Positions 22,034 to 31,755 of a stretch of 64,000 nt of DNA are shown here, piece after piece (position 1 is the first letter of the stretch; every line of letters starts with the position of its first letter). The position numbers and the translations under genes were made by a program. Source of the DNA: an uncultured Planctomycetota bacterium. Lineage in GTDB: Bacteria; Planctomycetota; Planctomycetia; Isosphaerales; Isosphaeraceae. The notes beneath the pieces were generated by a model. It made no database searches. It saw only the letters and a list, made by a program, of their open reading frames with translations, and had not been told where the DNA came from. Location: positions 1,664,001 through 1,728,000 of the forward strand of contig CAWGMQ010000004.1 in assembly GCA_963823665.1 (NCBI GenBank), in the 5' to 3' direction.

Positions 22034-22666
22034 TCACACTGTGCAGGTCACCCGCGCTGGCATAAGAGACGTCACTTTGCGAGCCGATCGTTCAACGGGA
22101 GTCTCAGGTGACGCTTCCGCCCCACCGATGGGCCTGCCGCTGGTGACAACGGGGTAGCAACGCGCAGTGCCTCGACGGACCAGAATGCCGCAGGCGACAG
22201 CAATTATTAATTGTGGAAACCCCAACCCAAGAGCCAAGTAAAGTGTCATAATTATTGCGTATTCCAATGTCCCGTTTGAAAGCCAACGAGAGCAAAGGTT
22301 CCAGATGGGATCCATCGGCACGGAAAACGCCGCAAGCAATCCTTCCGGCGCTATCCAAGCGAAACCGGCATAACCGAGGGCCGCCGCCAATCCGCCGGCT
22401 TCAAACCCGATCAAGAAGCGTTGCCCCGGGCCGCGTCGATGAATCATGGGGTAGAGGCCGAACGGCAGGATATGCGCCATCAGAAATAATCCCAAATCGT
22501 ATCCTTCCCTGATAAATCCAAACACCGAATGATGCCTGATAAAGACTGTGCGTATCCAGGCAATATCGATGGCGACAAGGGCCACGACAACGGCCAACGT
22601 GGCGATGGAGAAGCGAAACCGAAGCGGCTTCACGGCGAATCTCAGGTAGCGATGGAGCAACGACAT
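22034..22666 (-). CDS. Hypothetical membrane protein
   Basis: RFRFSIATLAVVVALVAID planctomycete-type N-terminus; about 4 TM segments. Confidence 0.65.
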   Translation of the reverse strand: MSLLHRYLRFAVKPLRFRFSIATLAVVVALVAIDIAWIRTVFIRHHSVFGFIREGYDLGLFLMAHILPFGLYPMIHRRGPGQRFLIGFEAGGLAAALGYAGFAWIAPEGLLAAFSVPMDPIWNLCSRWLSNGTLEYAIIMTLYLALGLGFPQLIIAVACGILVRRGTARCYPVVTSGRPIGGAEASPETPVERSARKVTSLMPARVTCTV

Positions 22667-22679
22667 TTGTCTTCGCAGT

Positions 22680-25553
22680 CTATTTGGGCTTGGCGGGCTC
22701 GGAGGTCGCCTCCGGAGCGCTCTGGCTCTCGACTTTTCCAGCGGCTGGAGTGCCGGGCACCGGCGGAATCGCGAAGACGATGTCGTAGCCCCGGAACAAC
22801 CGGTAGTTCATTTCATCCGTGATGGCGATTCCTCCGTTGTCCTGCCGATCGAGCCCGACGCTGTAGAGCAGCCACGAGCCGGGCGGGGGCGAAGCACGCT
22901 TCGAGTTGATCGAAATTCGCACCGTCGAGAGGGTGTCTCGCAACGACAAAACCCTCGCGCCGCTCGAGGGGACGAATGCGAACGGCCGGTCGGAATAGGG
23001 ATCGATCGGCAGGCTCGGAAGTTCCTCGGGTACGAGCACGTCAAGGCGTTCCGGGAAGCGGCCATCGTGTTTGAGCTGCCAGGCACGAATGGCGAATACC
23101 TGCACCAGCGCCCGTCGCGCGACCTCATTTTGCTCGTCGGCCAGGAGGAAATCGTTGACAGGTCGATAGAACCTTCGAAGTGGATCCGGGAGCATCGGAT
23201 CCGCAAGGGAGAACGCTCCACTGTGCCAGTAGTGTTCAAGCCGGTGGCCGGGCTCGCGGCTGGCGCTCTCGAGCGCCGCGGCAGAAACAAATCGATTGAC
23301 GCGCCGTGCGCGAGTGAGCTCCCACGGGGTCGTGACGAGGTTGATCATTCCGAAGGCAAAGGTTTGCCTTGCATCATCGGCGCCAGGCGGCCTGCCGTAG
23401 ACTGGTTTTTCCAGATAACTGCGCAGTTTGCTCGGCGGCAGGTCGAGCGTGTTCTCGAAAAGATTGGCCTCGGCGCGCACGACCTCGCTTGGCGGCGGCA
23501 TCTTGGGAAGGTTGCGGTAAGCCTCGAGCGCCTTGTGAAGTCGTTCCGAAGTCTGGCCGGAGGCAAGCGCCCACTCCAACGCCAGTTCCAACGCCTGTCG
23601 CTCGGTGTGCGAAACAACGTCGGTGGCTTCGGCGGCGCCTGATCCCTCCGCGAAATGCCTGGCCATGCGGAAAAGGACGACGACATCGTCCCAGGCCCCG
23701 GCGAGATCGCCGTGGCTCACGCGATTACGCGCCTCCTGAGACATGAGCGAAACGAACGGGACCCACAGCGGAATGGTCTCGCGGTCGACGAGCGTTGGCC
23801 GCTCGGATTGGTCGAAACGGCATTCGGGTCGAGCGGCGGCCTGGCGGATGAGGTCGAGCACTTGCTTGTTTCGGACGAGGTAATCCGCCGGAACGTGCCC
23901 GCCACGCCCCCGGACAGGAATCGCCAGGAGGCGCCCGGCCTCGCGATAAAGATCGGCCGCATTGCGCTCCGGCGAGGTTTCGATCGATGAGGCACGAGCC
24001 CACGCCTCGGGCAGAGCGATCGGGCCAACGTCGGGCACACTCCAGGCGCGAAAGCCGATGTACCAGGCGAACAGCAATGCGAACGCAGCGCACGCGAACG
24101 CACCGAGTCGTAGCCACCGCCACGGTGCCGGCCGCTCCAGCATCCAGTCGGAGCGCCAAGCCCACGAGACGGCAATGAGGGCCGCGGCAACCACCAGAAA
24201 AGCGGGCCACGGCATCATCGTCTGGTACCACAATCCGACCAACGGCCAACCCAGGCCGAAGCTCAGCATCACGGAGACCACGAACGCGGTCACTCCGCGC
24301 CGAAACGCCATTCCGCAAATGAGCGCGACCGCGTAAGCGAGTGGGATGCATTCGAACGCGGCCCAGTTTCCGCCGCTGACGGGCCGCCCCACCATCGCGA
24401 TGAGCACGAGCGCCCCAATGAATATGATTGCAAGCGTGACGAGGGCGATGAGCCACGTCGTGATTTTCACCAGCCACACGGTATTTGGCCGCACACCATG
24501 GTGTACGAGAAATCGCTGGCTTCGAGCCCGGTTTTCCAGGCCAAAGACGCTGACTCCGGCCGCGATCACCAGCAGGAAGATGGCGCTCGAGAGCCACATC
24601 CGATCCAGCGAGTCGCCAACAAGGCCCAATGCCGCCACCGCGACCGCGATCGCCAAAAGAATCGACCAGGTTCCGATACCTTGTTTGATCGTCTGCCAGA
24701 CCAGGTTCCGAGTCTCGACGAGCCACGACGGGCGTCCGGGGCGCGCTGGGGCAGATGTTCGCAACGGTCGCATCACTGCGTTCTCGTGTGATATTGGCGC
24801 CGGCACAACCGCGCTGAGTGATCGAGCCTGGATTCGCCCGGAGCGAGGCCAGCGCGATCTGTTGAAGGCGATGGGAGAACGGAATTCGATCGGGAAGCGC
24901 CTTAGGCCGATGGACTGTGTGAAGAACGCGTGCGAGGCCAGAATAGTCGCAATGACGACGGCGAATTCCACGAATCCGAACGATCGGTTGGCGGACGGAG
25001 CTCCATAGATGAGAGCGTAATTGCCCATAACGAGAATGAGCCCGGTGCAACACATCCCCGACAGAGCAGCCGCGAGGGCAGTCTTGAAGATCGACGACCA
25101 GAAGAGGCCCCATCCCAAGGCGACCAGGACGATCATGACGACCCTGATCGCGCCCGGCGTGTGTAGAATCAAGAGATCCCATCGGTCCGTGCCAAAAGCC
25201 GCGATGACCAGTAATATGACGGTCAGGGCGATCGTCGTCACGAGCGCGAATGAGGTTTTTCCCGCCCAGACGAGCCGGCGGTCGATGGGCACAATGTCGA
25301 GCAGGTGCAGGGTGCCGGTTTCGCGCTCGGCGGCAAATGCCGCCGCTCCCGCGGCCAGTGCATACAGGCCGGCCCACAACAGGGCCAACACGCAGAGCAC
25401 ACCGCCCCGCACCGGTGGGCCGATCAAGATCAACATCATCCACTGAATCACCGCGGCGCCGGCGATGAGCAGCACCCAGATCGGCCAGAACTGCCGGGCA
25501 TCTTTCCACCACAACCGTGCGTACATGGGAGCCTTACTCCGGCCTGGGGTCAT
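22680..25553 (-). CDS. Large ABC-2-type permease with an extracytoplasmic C-terminal domain
   Basis: RLWWKDARQ, FAAERETGTL, two TM blocks, C-terminal G.FPERLDVLVP..LP.DPY...LLYSVGLD. Confidence 0.75.
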   Translation of the reverse strand: MTPGRSKAPMYARLWWKDARQFWPIWVLLIAGAAVIQWMMLILIGPPVRGGVLCVLALLWAGLYALAAGAAAFAAERETGTLHLLDIVPIDRRLVWAGKTSFALVTTIALTVILLVIAAFGTDRWDLLILHTPGAIRVVMIVLVALGWGLFWSSIFKTALAAALSGMCCTGLILVMGNYALIYGAPSANRSFGFVEFAVVIATILASHAFFTQSIGLRRFPIEFRSPIAFNRSRWPRSGRIQARSLSAVVPAPISHENAVMRPLRTSAPARPGRPSWLVETRNLVWQTIKQGIGTWSILLAIAVAVAALGLVGDSLDRMWLSSAIFLLVIAAGVSVFGLENRARSQRFLVHHGVRPNTVWLVKITTWLIALVTLAIIFIGALVLIAMVGRPVSGGNWAAFECIPLAYAVALICGMAFRRGVTAFVVSVMLSFGLGWPLVGLWYQTMMPWPAFLVVAAALIAVSWAWRSDWMLERPAPWRWLRLGAFACAAFALLFAWYIGFRAWSVPDVGPIALPEAWARASSIETSPERNAADLYREAGRLLAIPVRGRGGHVPADYLVRNKQVLDLIRQAAARPECRFDQSERPTLVDRETIPLWVPFVSLMSQEARNRVSHGDLAGAWDDVVVLFRMARHFAEGSGAAEATDVVSHTERQALELALEWALASGQTSERLHKALEAYRNLPKMPPPSEVVRAEANLFENTLDLPPSKLRSYLEKPVYGRPPGADDARQTFAFGMINLVTTPWELTRARRVNRFVSAAALESASREPGHRLEHYWHSGAFSLADPMLPDPLRRFYRPVNDFLLADEQNEVARRALVQVFAIRAWQLKHDGRFPERLDVLVPEELPSLPIDPYSDRPFAFVPSSGARVLSLRDTLSTVRISINSKRASPPPGSWLLYSVGLDRQDNGGIAITDEMNYRLFRGYDIVFAIPPVPGTPAAGKVESQSAPEATSEPAKPK

Positions 25554-25577
25554 CGTATCTTCGGACCTCGACCCGAA

Positions 25578-26549
25578 TCACGCCACGTGTACAGCCAGTG
25601 GAGGCGCCGGCTCGGGCCGGCGCGACCGCATATAGCCGACGTAGATTTCCTCGAGGCTCGGCGTTTCAATCTCGAGAGATTCGACTCCCGGAAGCGCCCG
25701 GACGATCTCGCACGCCGGCCGATCGGCGGCGCGGACCAGCCAGCGAGCTTGCCGTGAGGCATCTGTCGCATCAATGAGCTCGAGCGTCCTTCCTTCGGGC
25801 GGCGCCGAAGGGTGATCGCGGCTGGTAAATGTGACCGAAAGCAGGAAAGTCCGCGCCTTGAGCTCATCGAGCGTCTGGGCCAGCAGCAGCTTGCCGCGGT
25901 GCAGGATGGCGATGTGGCTGGCGACCCGCTCGACCTCGCCGATCTGATGGCTGGAGAGCAGGACCGTGCGGCCCGCGCCGGCCAGGTCGACCATGCTTTC
26001 GAGGAAATCGCGGCGCACCAGGACGTCAAGCCCGGAGGTTGGCTCGTCGAGGACGAGTAACTCGGGATCCGACGCCAGTGCCAGCGACAGCGAGACCTTG
26101 GCCCGCATTCCTTTCGAGAGGGTCTTGATCTTCTTCCGGCCGGGCAGGTCGAAGCCTCGGATCAACTCGCTATAGCGGTATTGATACCCACTCGTGGACC
26201 GTTCGGCGTCGAGATGGAAGCCGGCGGCGAACCAGCCGATTTCGCTCACTGTCATCCAGTCATAGAGCACGGGCGATTCCGGCACGTACCCCACGCGCCG
26301 GCGAACGTCTAGCCCGCGTGAGACTGGATCGAGCCCGACGACGTCAATCCGCCCACTGGTTGGCTTCAATAGTCCCAACAGCATCTGGATCGTGGTCGTC
26401 TTGCCTGCGCCGTTCTCGCCGATCAAGCCAAAGATCGAGCCGTGAGGAACCGATAGCGTAACAGCGTCGACGGCCGTCTGATTGCCGAATCGCTTTGTCA
26501 CCCCGTCGATCACAATCGCCACACCCGTCTGCGCCGGTGATTCGGTCAT
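25578..26549 (-). CDS. ABC transporter ATP-binding protein (YtrB-like)
   Basis: GENGAGKT, LSKGM, LLVLDEPTSGLD, SSH. Confidence 0.95.
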   Translation of the reverse strand: MTESPAQTGVAIVIDGVTKRFGNQTAVDAVTLSVPHGSIFGLIGENGAGKTTTIQMLLGLLKPTSGRIDVVGLDPVSRGLDVRRRVGYVPESPVLYDWMTVSEIGWFAAGFHLDAERSTSGYQYRYSELIRGFDLPGRKKIKTLSKGMRAKVSLSLALASDPELLVLDEPTSGLDVLVRRDFLESMVDLAGAGRTVLLSSHQIGEVERVASHIAILHRGKLLLAQTLDELKARTFLLSVTFTSRDHPSAPPEGRTLELIDATDASRQARWLVRAADRPACEIVRALPGVESLEIETPSLEEIYVGYMRSRRPEPAPPLAVHVA

Positions 26550-27022
26550 GCTGTCCCCCTTTCGAGTGTTCTCGAGCCCGATGTTGCTGAGACCGCCGCA
26601 GGGGCGGCGAATTCCAGCCCCGAGTCGGCACCGTTGCCAAGAGTACAGCCTCGGGCCCACTCCTCACGGAGGATCATCGCGATCTCCGCTGGATCCAGGG
26701 TGCTCTGCCTCGCCTCTTCGATCGCCCGGCGCAGCCGCTCCCGGACGATCTCGCGCCGGTCGATCCGACACCGTTCCGTGGCGCCCTCCGCCACCTGAAG
26801 CCCCATGCCACGCACCGATTCCAGCAGACCCTCGGCCTGCAAGTCGCGATAAGCCCGCGCGACCGTGTTCGGGTTTACCACAAGTTGTTTGGAGAGCTCG
26901 CGAACCGACGGGACAAGCTCCCCCGCCCGCAACACACCCCCGGCTACTGCAAACTTCACGCGGTCAACAATTTGGCCGTAAATGGGCCGGCCATCACCGG
27001 TGTTCAGATCGACCAACAGCAT
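26546..27022 (-). CDS. GntR family (YtrA subfamily) transcriptional regulator
   Basis: PIYGQI, PSVRELS, VNPNTVARAY; short effector region; coupled to the ABC ATPase. Confidence 0.93.
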   Translation of the reverse strand: MLLVDLNTGDGRPIYGQIVDRVKFAVAGGVLRAGELVPSVRELSKQLVVNPNTVARAYRDLQAEGLLESVRGMGLQVAEGATERCRIDRREIVRERLRRAIEEARQSTLDPAEIAMILREEWARGCTLGNGADSGLEFAAPAAVSATSGSRTLERGTA

Positions 27023-27036
27023 CTGTATTGGCTCCC

Positions 27037-27062
27037 TAGTGTACTACCTACATAATACACTA
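27037..27062. promoter_or_regulatory. Probable YtrA-type operator
   Basis: TAGTGTACTA-cctaca-TAATACACTA inverted repeat (9/10 match) 14 nt upstream of the GntR start; AT-rich in a high-GC background. Confidence 0.8.
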
Positions 27063-27365
27063 TAACGAAGCAGTATGGCTTGTCCAGTCGTGAGCGGAAA
27101 AAAAGCCCCGAGCCACCCAGACGCCCGGGGTCGGCTGCGGCGGCGGCGAATATGAATTTCGTAGGAGGATCGCGGGCATGGCCGTCCCGTTGTTGACGGG
27201 TCGTGGACGGAAGCCACATTCTCTCGGCACGGAGGCCGGCCCCTGAATCCACTCGGGTGCATTCTGCCGTTCGCTCGGATCGCCGTGTCGATTACGCGCC
27301 GCTTCTTCAGACAAACGCCCAAGCGATGATCGGGTTCGTCGGGCTTGAGGTCTGACGCTGGCGCC

Positions 27366-29680
27366 TCACTCAAACTCGAGTTCGATTCCGAGCTCCTTGA
27401 GCACGTTCCGCAATGAGGCTACCTGGTCTTCGGCGATGGCCGCGGAGGTGGGGCCGAGTGATTCGCCCAGGAACGAGCCAGTTGCCGGAAGCTGGCGTAG
27501 TCCTTCAAGCACCTGGGGCGTCGGAGGCGCTCAGGACCACGATTTTCGCCGCCTTGAGCTTGGGCACTCGCGCCGATTTCGCAAGTAGAAGCAACTCGAC
27601 AGCGGCGGGGATTGCTCTGCCCGCGCGACGCTCGAACCATTCGCTCAGCCAGGGCGGGTTCATTCCCCGGTTGATTCCGCGTTGCAGTGAGTCGCTTGTG
27701 ATTGCGAATCGGCGGGAAAGCGGCGTTCCGGACTGCCCTGCTGCCCGTTCCGGGGTGGGCAACGGTTCGGCGAATTGGGCCAGCTCGGCGTCCACCAAGA
27801 GGTCAGCCCGGGCCGGGTCGAGCACGAGAGTCACGCCGTCGGGCTCGACGGTCACGCACACGTCGGGAGGCCGACGGTAATCGCGCGAACTGGTCAAGCG
27901 AAGCCGGGCATATGGAACGGTTTGATCGTCCTCGACCAGCAGGAACCGGTCTGCGACGGGAACCGGCGCAGCATCACCATCAGCGGGCCACAGCTCGATT
28001 GCCTGATCTCGCTCGGCCTGGGTGAGGAACTCGATCAGCGTGCTTGCTGCGTAGAAAACAACACGTTCGCGGCGCTCGGCCCAGTGGTTGATCGCCTCGA
28101 TCACGCCTCGCGAGAGCGGGCGCTGGCTGGCGCGGGAGAGCGTTTCGAGCATCCACTCGGGTTTCGAACCGAGGTCCAGGCCGAGAACGATCGATTCGCG
28201 CGAGAGCTTGAGCTCGAGTGCCGAGCCGATCTGGGTCCACCAGGCAAAACGGCTCAGCCGGCCCACCAGTTGCGGAGTCAGTCCCTGGCGATACGCGATC
28301 ACTTCGAAATTCGGTTGCACAAACAAGAATCGCTCGAACGCAGGGCGGGGCGGTGGTGTCGGGCCAACCGCCAGGACGTAGCGGCCGAACGTGCTCAGTT
28401 GCACGACTCGGCGCCCTATCGGTGCCTCCACGGCGGCGCGAACGAGGCCCAGCGGATAGGCGGCTCCCAGCAGGATGGACTCGAGGAGCACAGTCTCGCG
28501 CGGCCGGGAGCCGGCCGGGTTGCGCGATCGGGCGCGCGCTCGCGCAGGAGGTCGCGCGCGGGGTGATGAATCGTCCTGAGCCGCGGGGCTCCAGGACAGG
28601 CGGCTCCATGCCGGACATCGCGCTGTAAGCTGCGCGGCCAGATCATCGAGTGCGACCCATTCCGAATCGCCGAGAGTGCTGAGCCAGAGCAGCAGCGCGC
28701 ACCGAAGATAGGGGACTGCGGCCGCCTCGGCGTCATCTTCCGCGAGGGCCTCCGGGGGCAGCTCGCACCAGTCCGGCAGCGAGAGCCATCCGGTGGCGAT
28801 CATTTGAGGTAAGTGGAATTCATTCTCGTTCCAGAATTCCAGTGGGGCTGCCAGCAGGCGCTCGCCGCCAGCTTCGGGCTCGATCAGCCCGACTCGACGC
28901 GCCAGGGCCAGCCACAACGAAGGTGAATCGGGCAATGGGATAAACGAGTCGGCAATCGAGCTTGCGAGCACCGGGTCCAGGTCGATCCGATCGCGGTCAC
29001 GCTTGTAGAGAACACCCTGCTGGGTCTGCCGCAGCGGCTCGACCCCGAGCCGCTGCCAGAGGGCGGCCAGGCGCAGGATGGCCTCGAGCCCATCCGATTC
29101 GCGAATCTCGCTGATCGGACCGCTCGCCCGCGGCAGCAGGTCTTGCGGGCGCGCCGTGCGCACGCTCCTGGGCACGGCCGGATGAACGCGGAGGAATACG
29201 CGCCAGGGGTCTTCCGACTCGAGGATTTCGTCGAAGCCGTCGATCTGACCCGAATCGCCCTCGGCGAATACTGCGAGCAAACCGAGCTCGAGCAGGGGCA
29301 GGATCGCCGGCGCAGGCTCGGTCAACAGGGTTCGAAGCGACTGAGAAATCCCCGCCAGGGGCAACGACGGTCACTTCGGTCAGGCCGAAGAGGCTGATAG
29401 GCCAGTTGTGATTCTGGGCTCAAGCGGGCGACAAGAGACGAGACAGCGGCCGGCTCGTCGAGGTAATCGGTGATCTCATCCGCGGCACCGCTGGGCCTGA
29501 CGCGGAACCCGCCCGGCGCCGCGCCTGGGCCAGTCGAATCGCGGCCAGGCGTGTGCCCTTGTAACGGGAGAGGGCAGCACGAAAAGCGTGGCGAGGCTCG
29601 TCGCGGCCACGAGCGCGCGGCGACGAGATGGCACGGTCATCCGGGCTCCGGTTCAAGGACGACTGCGATGCTGGGGGCAT
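27366..29680 (-). CDS. Helicase-associated (Helicase_C_3-type) protein, p52/Tfb2-like; several frameshifts
   Basis: Core ORF 27505..29364 with LFVQPNFEVIAY...LSRESI. Removing one C at 27515-27518 extends it to ...KELGIELEFE* at 27366. The N-terminus begins at ATG 29680 in other frames. Confidence 0.8.
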
Positions 29681-29685
29681 CTCGG

Positions 29686-29919
29686 TCAGTCCCTCTGACC
29701 TACGATTCGAGGTGTGTGGCCCAGCTTGCGCAGCTCGTCGATCACGAGCTCGGATTCACCCGACTGCACCAGGAGCACCGTGTCGGAAAGTCTGCCCACG
29801 ACCCAGCGAGCGAGCGTCTTCCGGGCCAGCAGCTCTTCGGCGAGCAGCGGATCGGTGGTACGCACGAGGGCCACATTCTTGTGCAGCTTGACGGGGATTC
29901 GCGTGAGTGAGGGTTTCAT
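29686..29919 (-). CDS. Small 77-aa protein, p8/Tfb5- or XPB-DRD-like pattern
   Basis: ATGA overlap with the XPB stop; 5 nt gap to the next ATG; beta-DP-helix-beta-SDT-beta-helix pattern. Confidence 0.75.
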   Translation of the reverse strand: MKPSLTRIPVKLHKNVALVRTTDPLLAEELLARKTLARWVVGRLSDTVLLVQSGESELVIDELRKLGHTPRIVGQRD

Positions 29920-31619
29920 AGCACGGATTCGGCCGGGACGAGATCGGTTTCATCAACGATTTCATAGCTGTAGCCCTGTTCGGTCAAGAAGAGCTGGCGA
30001 TGGTGGGCGAAATCCATCTCGCGAGTGTCGCGGCTCACCAGCGTGTAGAACCGTGCCGGCTGCTCTCCCTCCTTGGGGCGCAAGATCCGCCCCAGCCGCT
30101 GCGCTTCTTCCTGGCGGCTGCCGAAGGTTCCCGAGATCTGGATCATGACGTTGGCATCGGGCAGGTCGATCGCGAAGTTGCCGACCTTGGAGAGGACCAG
30201 CCGGCGGAGCGCGCCGGTCCGAAACCTGCCGTAGAGGTCTTCACGCTCGGGGTTGGAGGTCGCCCCGGTGATGAGCGGCAGGTCGAATCGCTCGGCAATT
30301 CGCCGGAGCTGCTTCAGGTACTGGCCGATCACGATGACGCGGTCGTCGGGCCCGTCGAAGCGGTCCAGGAGCACGGCGACGATTTCGTCCTTGAGCGGGT
30401 TTTCGCTGGCGACGCGAAATTTCTCGCGCCATTCGGCCAGGGCGTATTCCATGCGCAGGGCCCCGGGAAGCCCGAGTCGAACCTCGTGGCACTGGGCTTC
30501 GGCGATCCAGCCTTTGGACTCGAGAACGCGCCAGGGAACGTCGTACTTCTTGGGACCGATCAGGCTGAAGACATCTTCCTCGCGCTGATCCTCGCGCACC
30601 AGAGTTGCGGTGAGGCCCAAGCGGCGGCGGGCCTGGATATCGGCCGTGACCCGGAAGACCGGCGCCGGCAGCAGATGCACCTCGTCGTAGATGATCAGGC
30701 CCCAATCGCGCTCATCAAATAGGTGGAAATGGGGGAAGTCGCCGTCTTTCTTGGGACGGTAGGTGACGATCTGGTATGTCGCCAGCGTGACCGGCGCCAT
30801 GGTCTTCGAGTCGCCGGTGTAGGTTCCGATCAACGAGGGGTCGATGTCGGTCTTGTCGATGATCTCTCGCTTCCACTGCTCGACGGCGGTGGTGCTGGTG
30901 GTGAGGATCAACGTCTCGCACTTGAGTGCGGCCATCGCGGCCAGGCCGACCACCGTCTTGCCGGCGCCGCACGGAAGGACGATCACTCCCGAGCCGCCGC
31001 GTACGTCACCGCCGGCATAAAAAGCGTCGACGGCGCCCCTCTGGTAGTCGCGAACCAGAAACGGCAAGCCCGATTGCATTTCCGTTCTCAGGCCAATGGG
31101 CAATGCCGCGCCGGCGGTGTAGCCGGCGAGATCCTCGGCGGGGTAGCCAGAGGCGATCAGGGCCTGCTTGAGCACGCCGCGATGGGCGTCGTCGACGGCG
31201 AAGCTGGTCTCGTCGATCCGCTCCCCGAGGTAGTCGCGCACGCCTCGCTGGCGGGCAAGCTCTTCGAGCAGAGGCCGGTCCGCCGTGTTCAGGCGAAGCT
31301 GGCCATCGATGCGCTCGAGCCGCACCCGCCCATACCGGCTGACCAGCTCGGATAGGTCTGCCGGCACGTTCGAGGGAATGGGAAACTTCGAGTATTTCTC
31401 AAGGGCGGCCGCCATCGCCTGGGCCGACATTCCAGCCGCGGCCGCGTTCCAGAGGGAAAGCGGGGTCAGCCGGTACGTGTGAATGTGCTCGGGGCTCTTC
31501 TCCAGCTCCGCGAACGGCGCGATCGCATCACGGGCCTCGGCATGCAGCGGGTTGTCGACCTCCAGCAGGATCGTGCGATCTCCCTGCACGATAAGCGGAT
31601 TGGCGGGATTGTACTGCAT
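29916..31619 (-). CDS. DNA repair helicase XPB/Ssl2/Rad25 family
   Basis: PLIVQGDRTILLE..FAELEKSPEHIHTY, VLPCGAGKT, DEVH, LGLTATLVRED, GSRQEEAQRLGRILR. Confidence 0.95.
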   Translation of the reverse strand: MQYNPANPLIVQGDRTILLEVDNPLHAEARDAIAPFAELEKSPEHIHTYRLTPLSLWNAAAAGMSAQAMAAALEKYSKFPIPSNVPADLSELVSRYGRVRLERIDGQLRLNTADRPLLEELARQRGVRDYLGERIDETSFAVDDAHRGVLKQALIASGYPAEDLAGYTAGAALPIGLRTEMQSGLPFLVRDYQRGAVDAFYAGGDVRGGSGVIVLPCGAGKTVVGLAAMAALKCETLILTTSTTAVEQWKREIIDKTDIDPSLIGTYTGDSKTMAPVTLATYQIVTYRPKKDGDFPHFHLFDERDWGLIIYDEVHLLPAPVFRVTADIQARRRLGLTATLVREDQREEDVFSLIGPKKYDVPWRVLESKGWIAEAQCHEVRLGLPGALRMEYALAEWREKFRVASENPLKDEIVAVLLDRFDGPDDRVIVIGQYLKQLRRIAERFDLPLITGATSNPEREDLYGRFRTGALRRLVLSKVGNFAIDLPDANVMIQISGTFGSRQEEAQRLGRILRPKEGEQPARFYTLVSRDTREMDFAHHRQLFLTEQGYSYEIVDETDLVPAESVL

Positions 31620-31755
31620 GGGCTCCTTGCCGGTTCGAAGTTCACGTGACGGGCGAATTCGGGTGCGAGCCGCCGCCGTCGTTTTTCAAGGGCGAACGTT
31701 CCATCGTAGACGGGCCGGCCGGATCTCGCAAGGTTGGCTCTATGAACCGAACGGT

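Noticed and set aside
23725..25512. 595-aa alternative-frame ORF and many long antisense ORFs
   Set aside because: Arg/Gly/Pro-rich shadow ORFs expected at high GC; they overlap well-supported genes and have no motifs.
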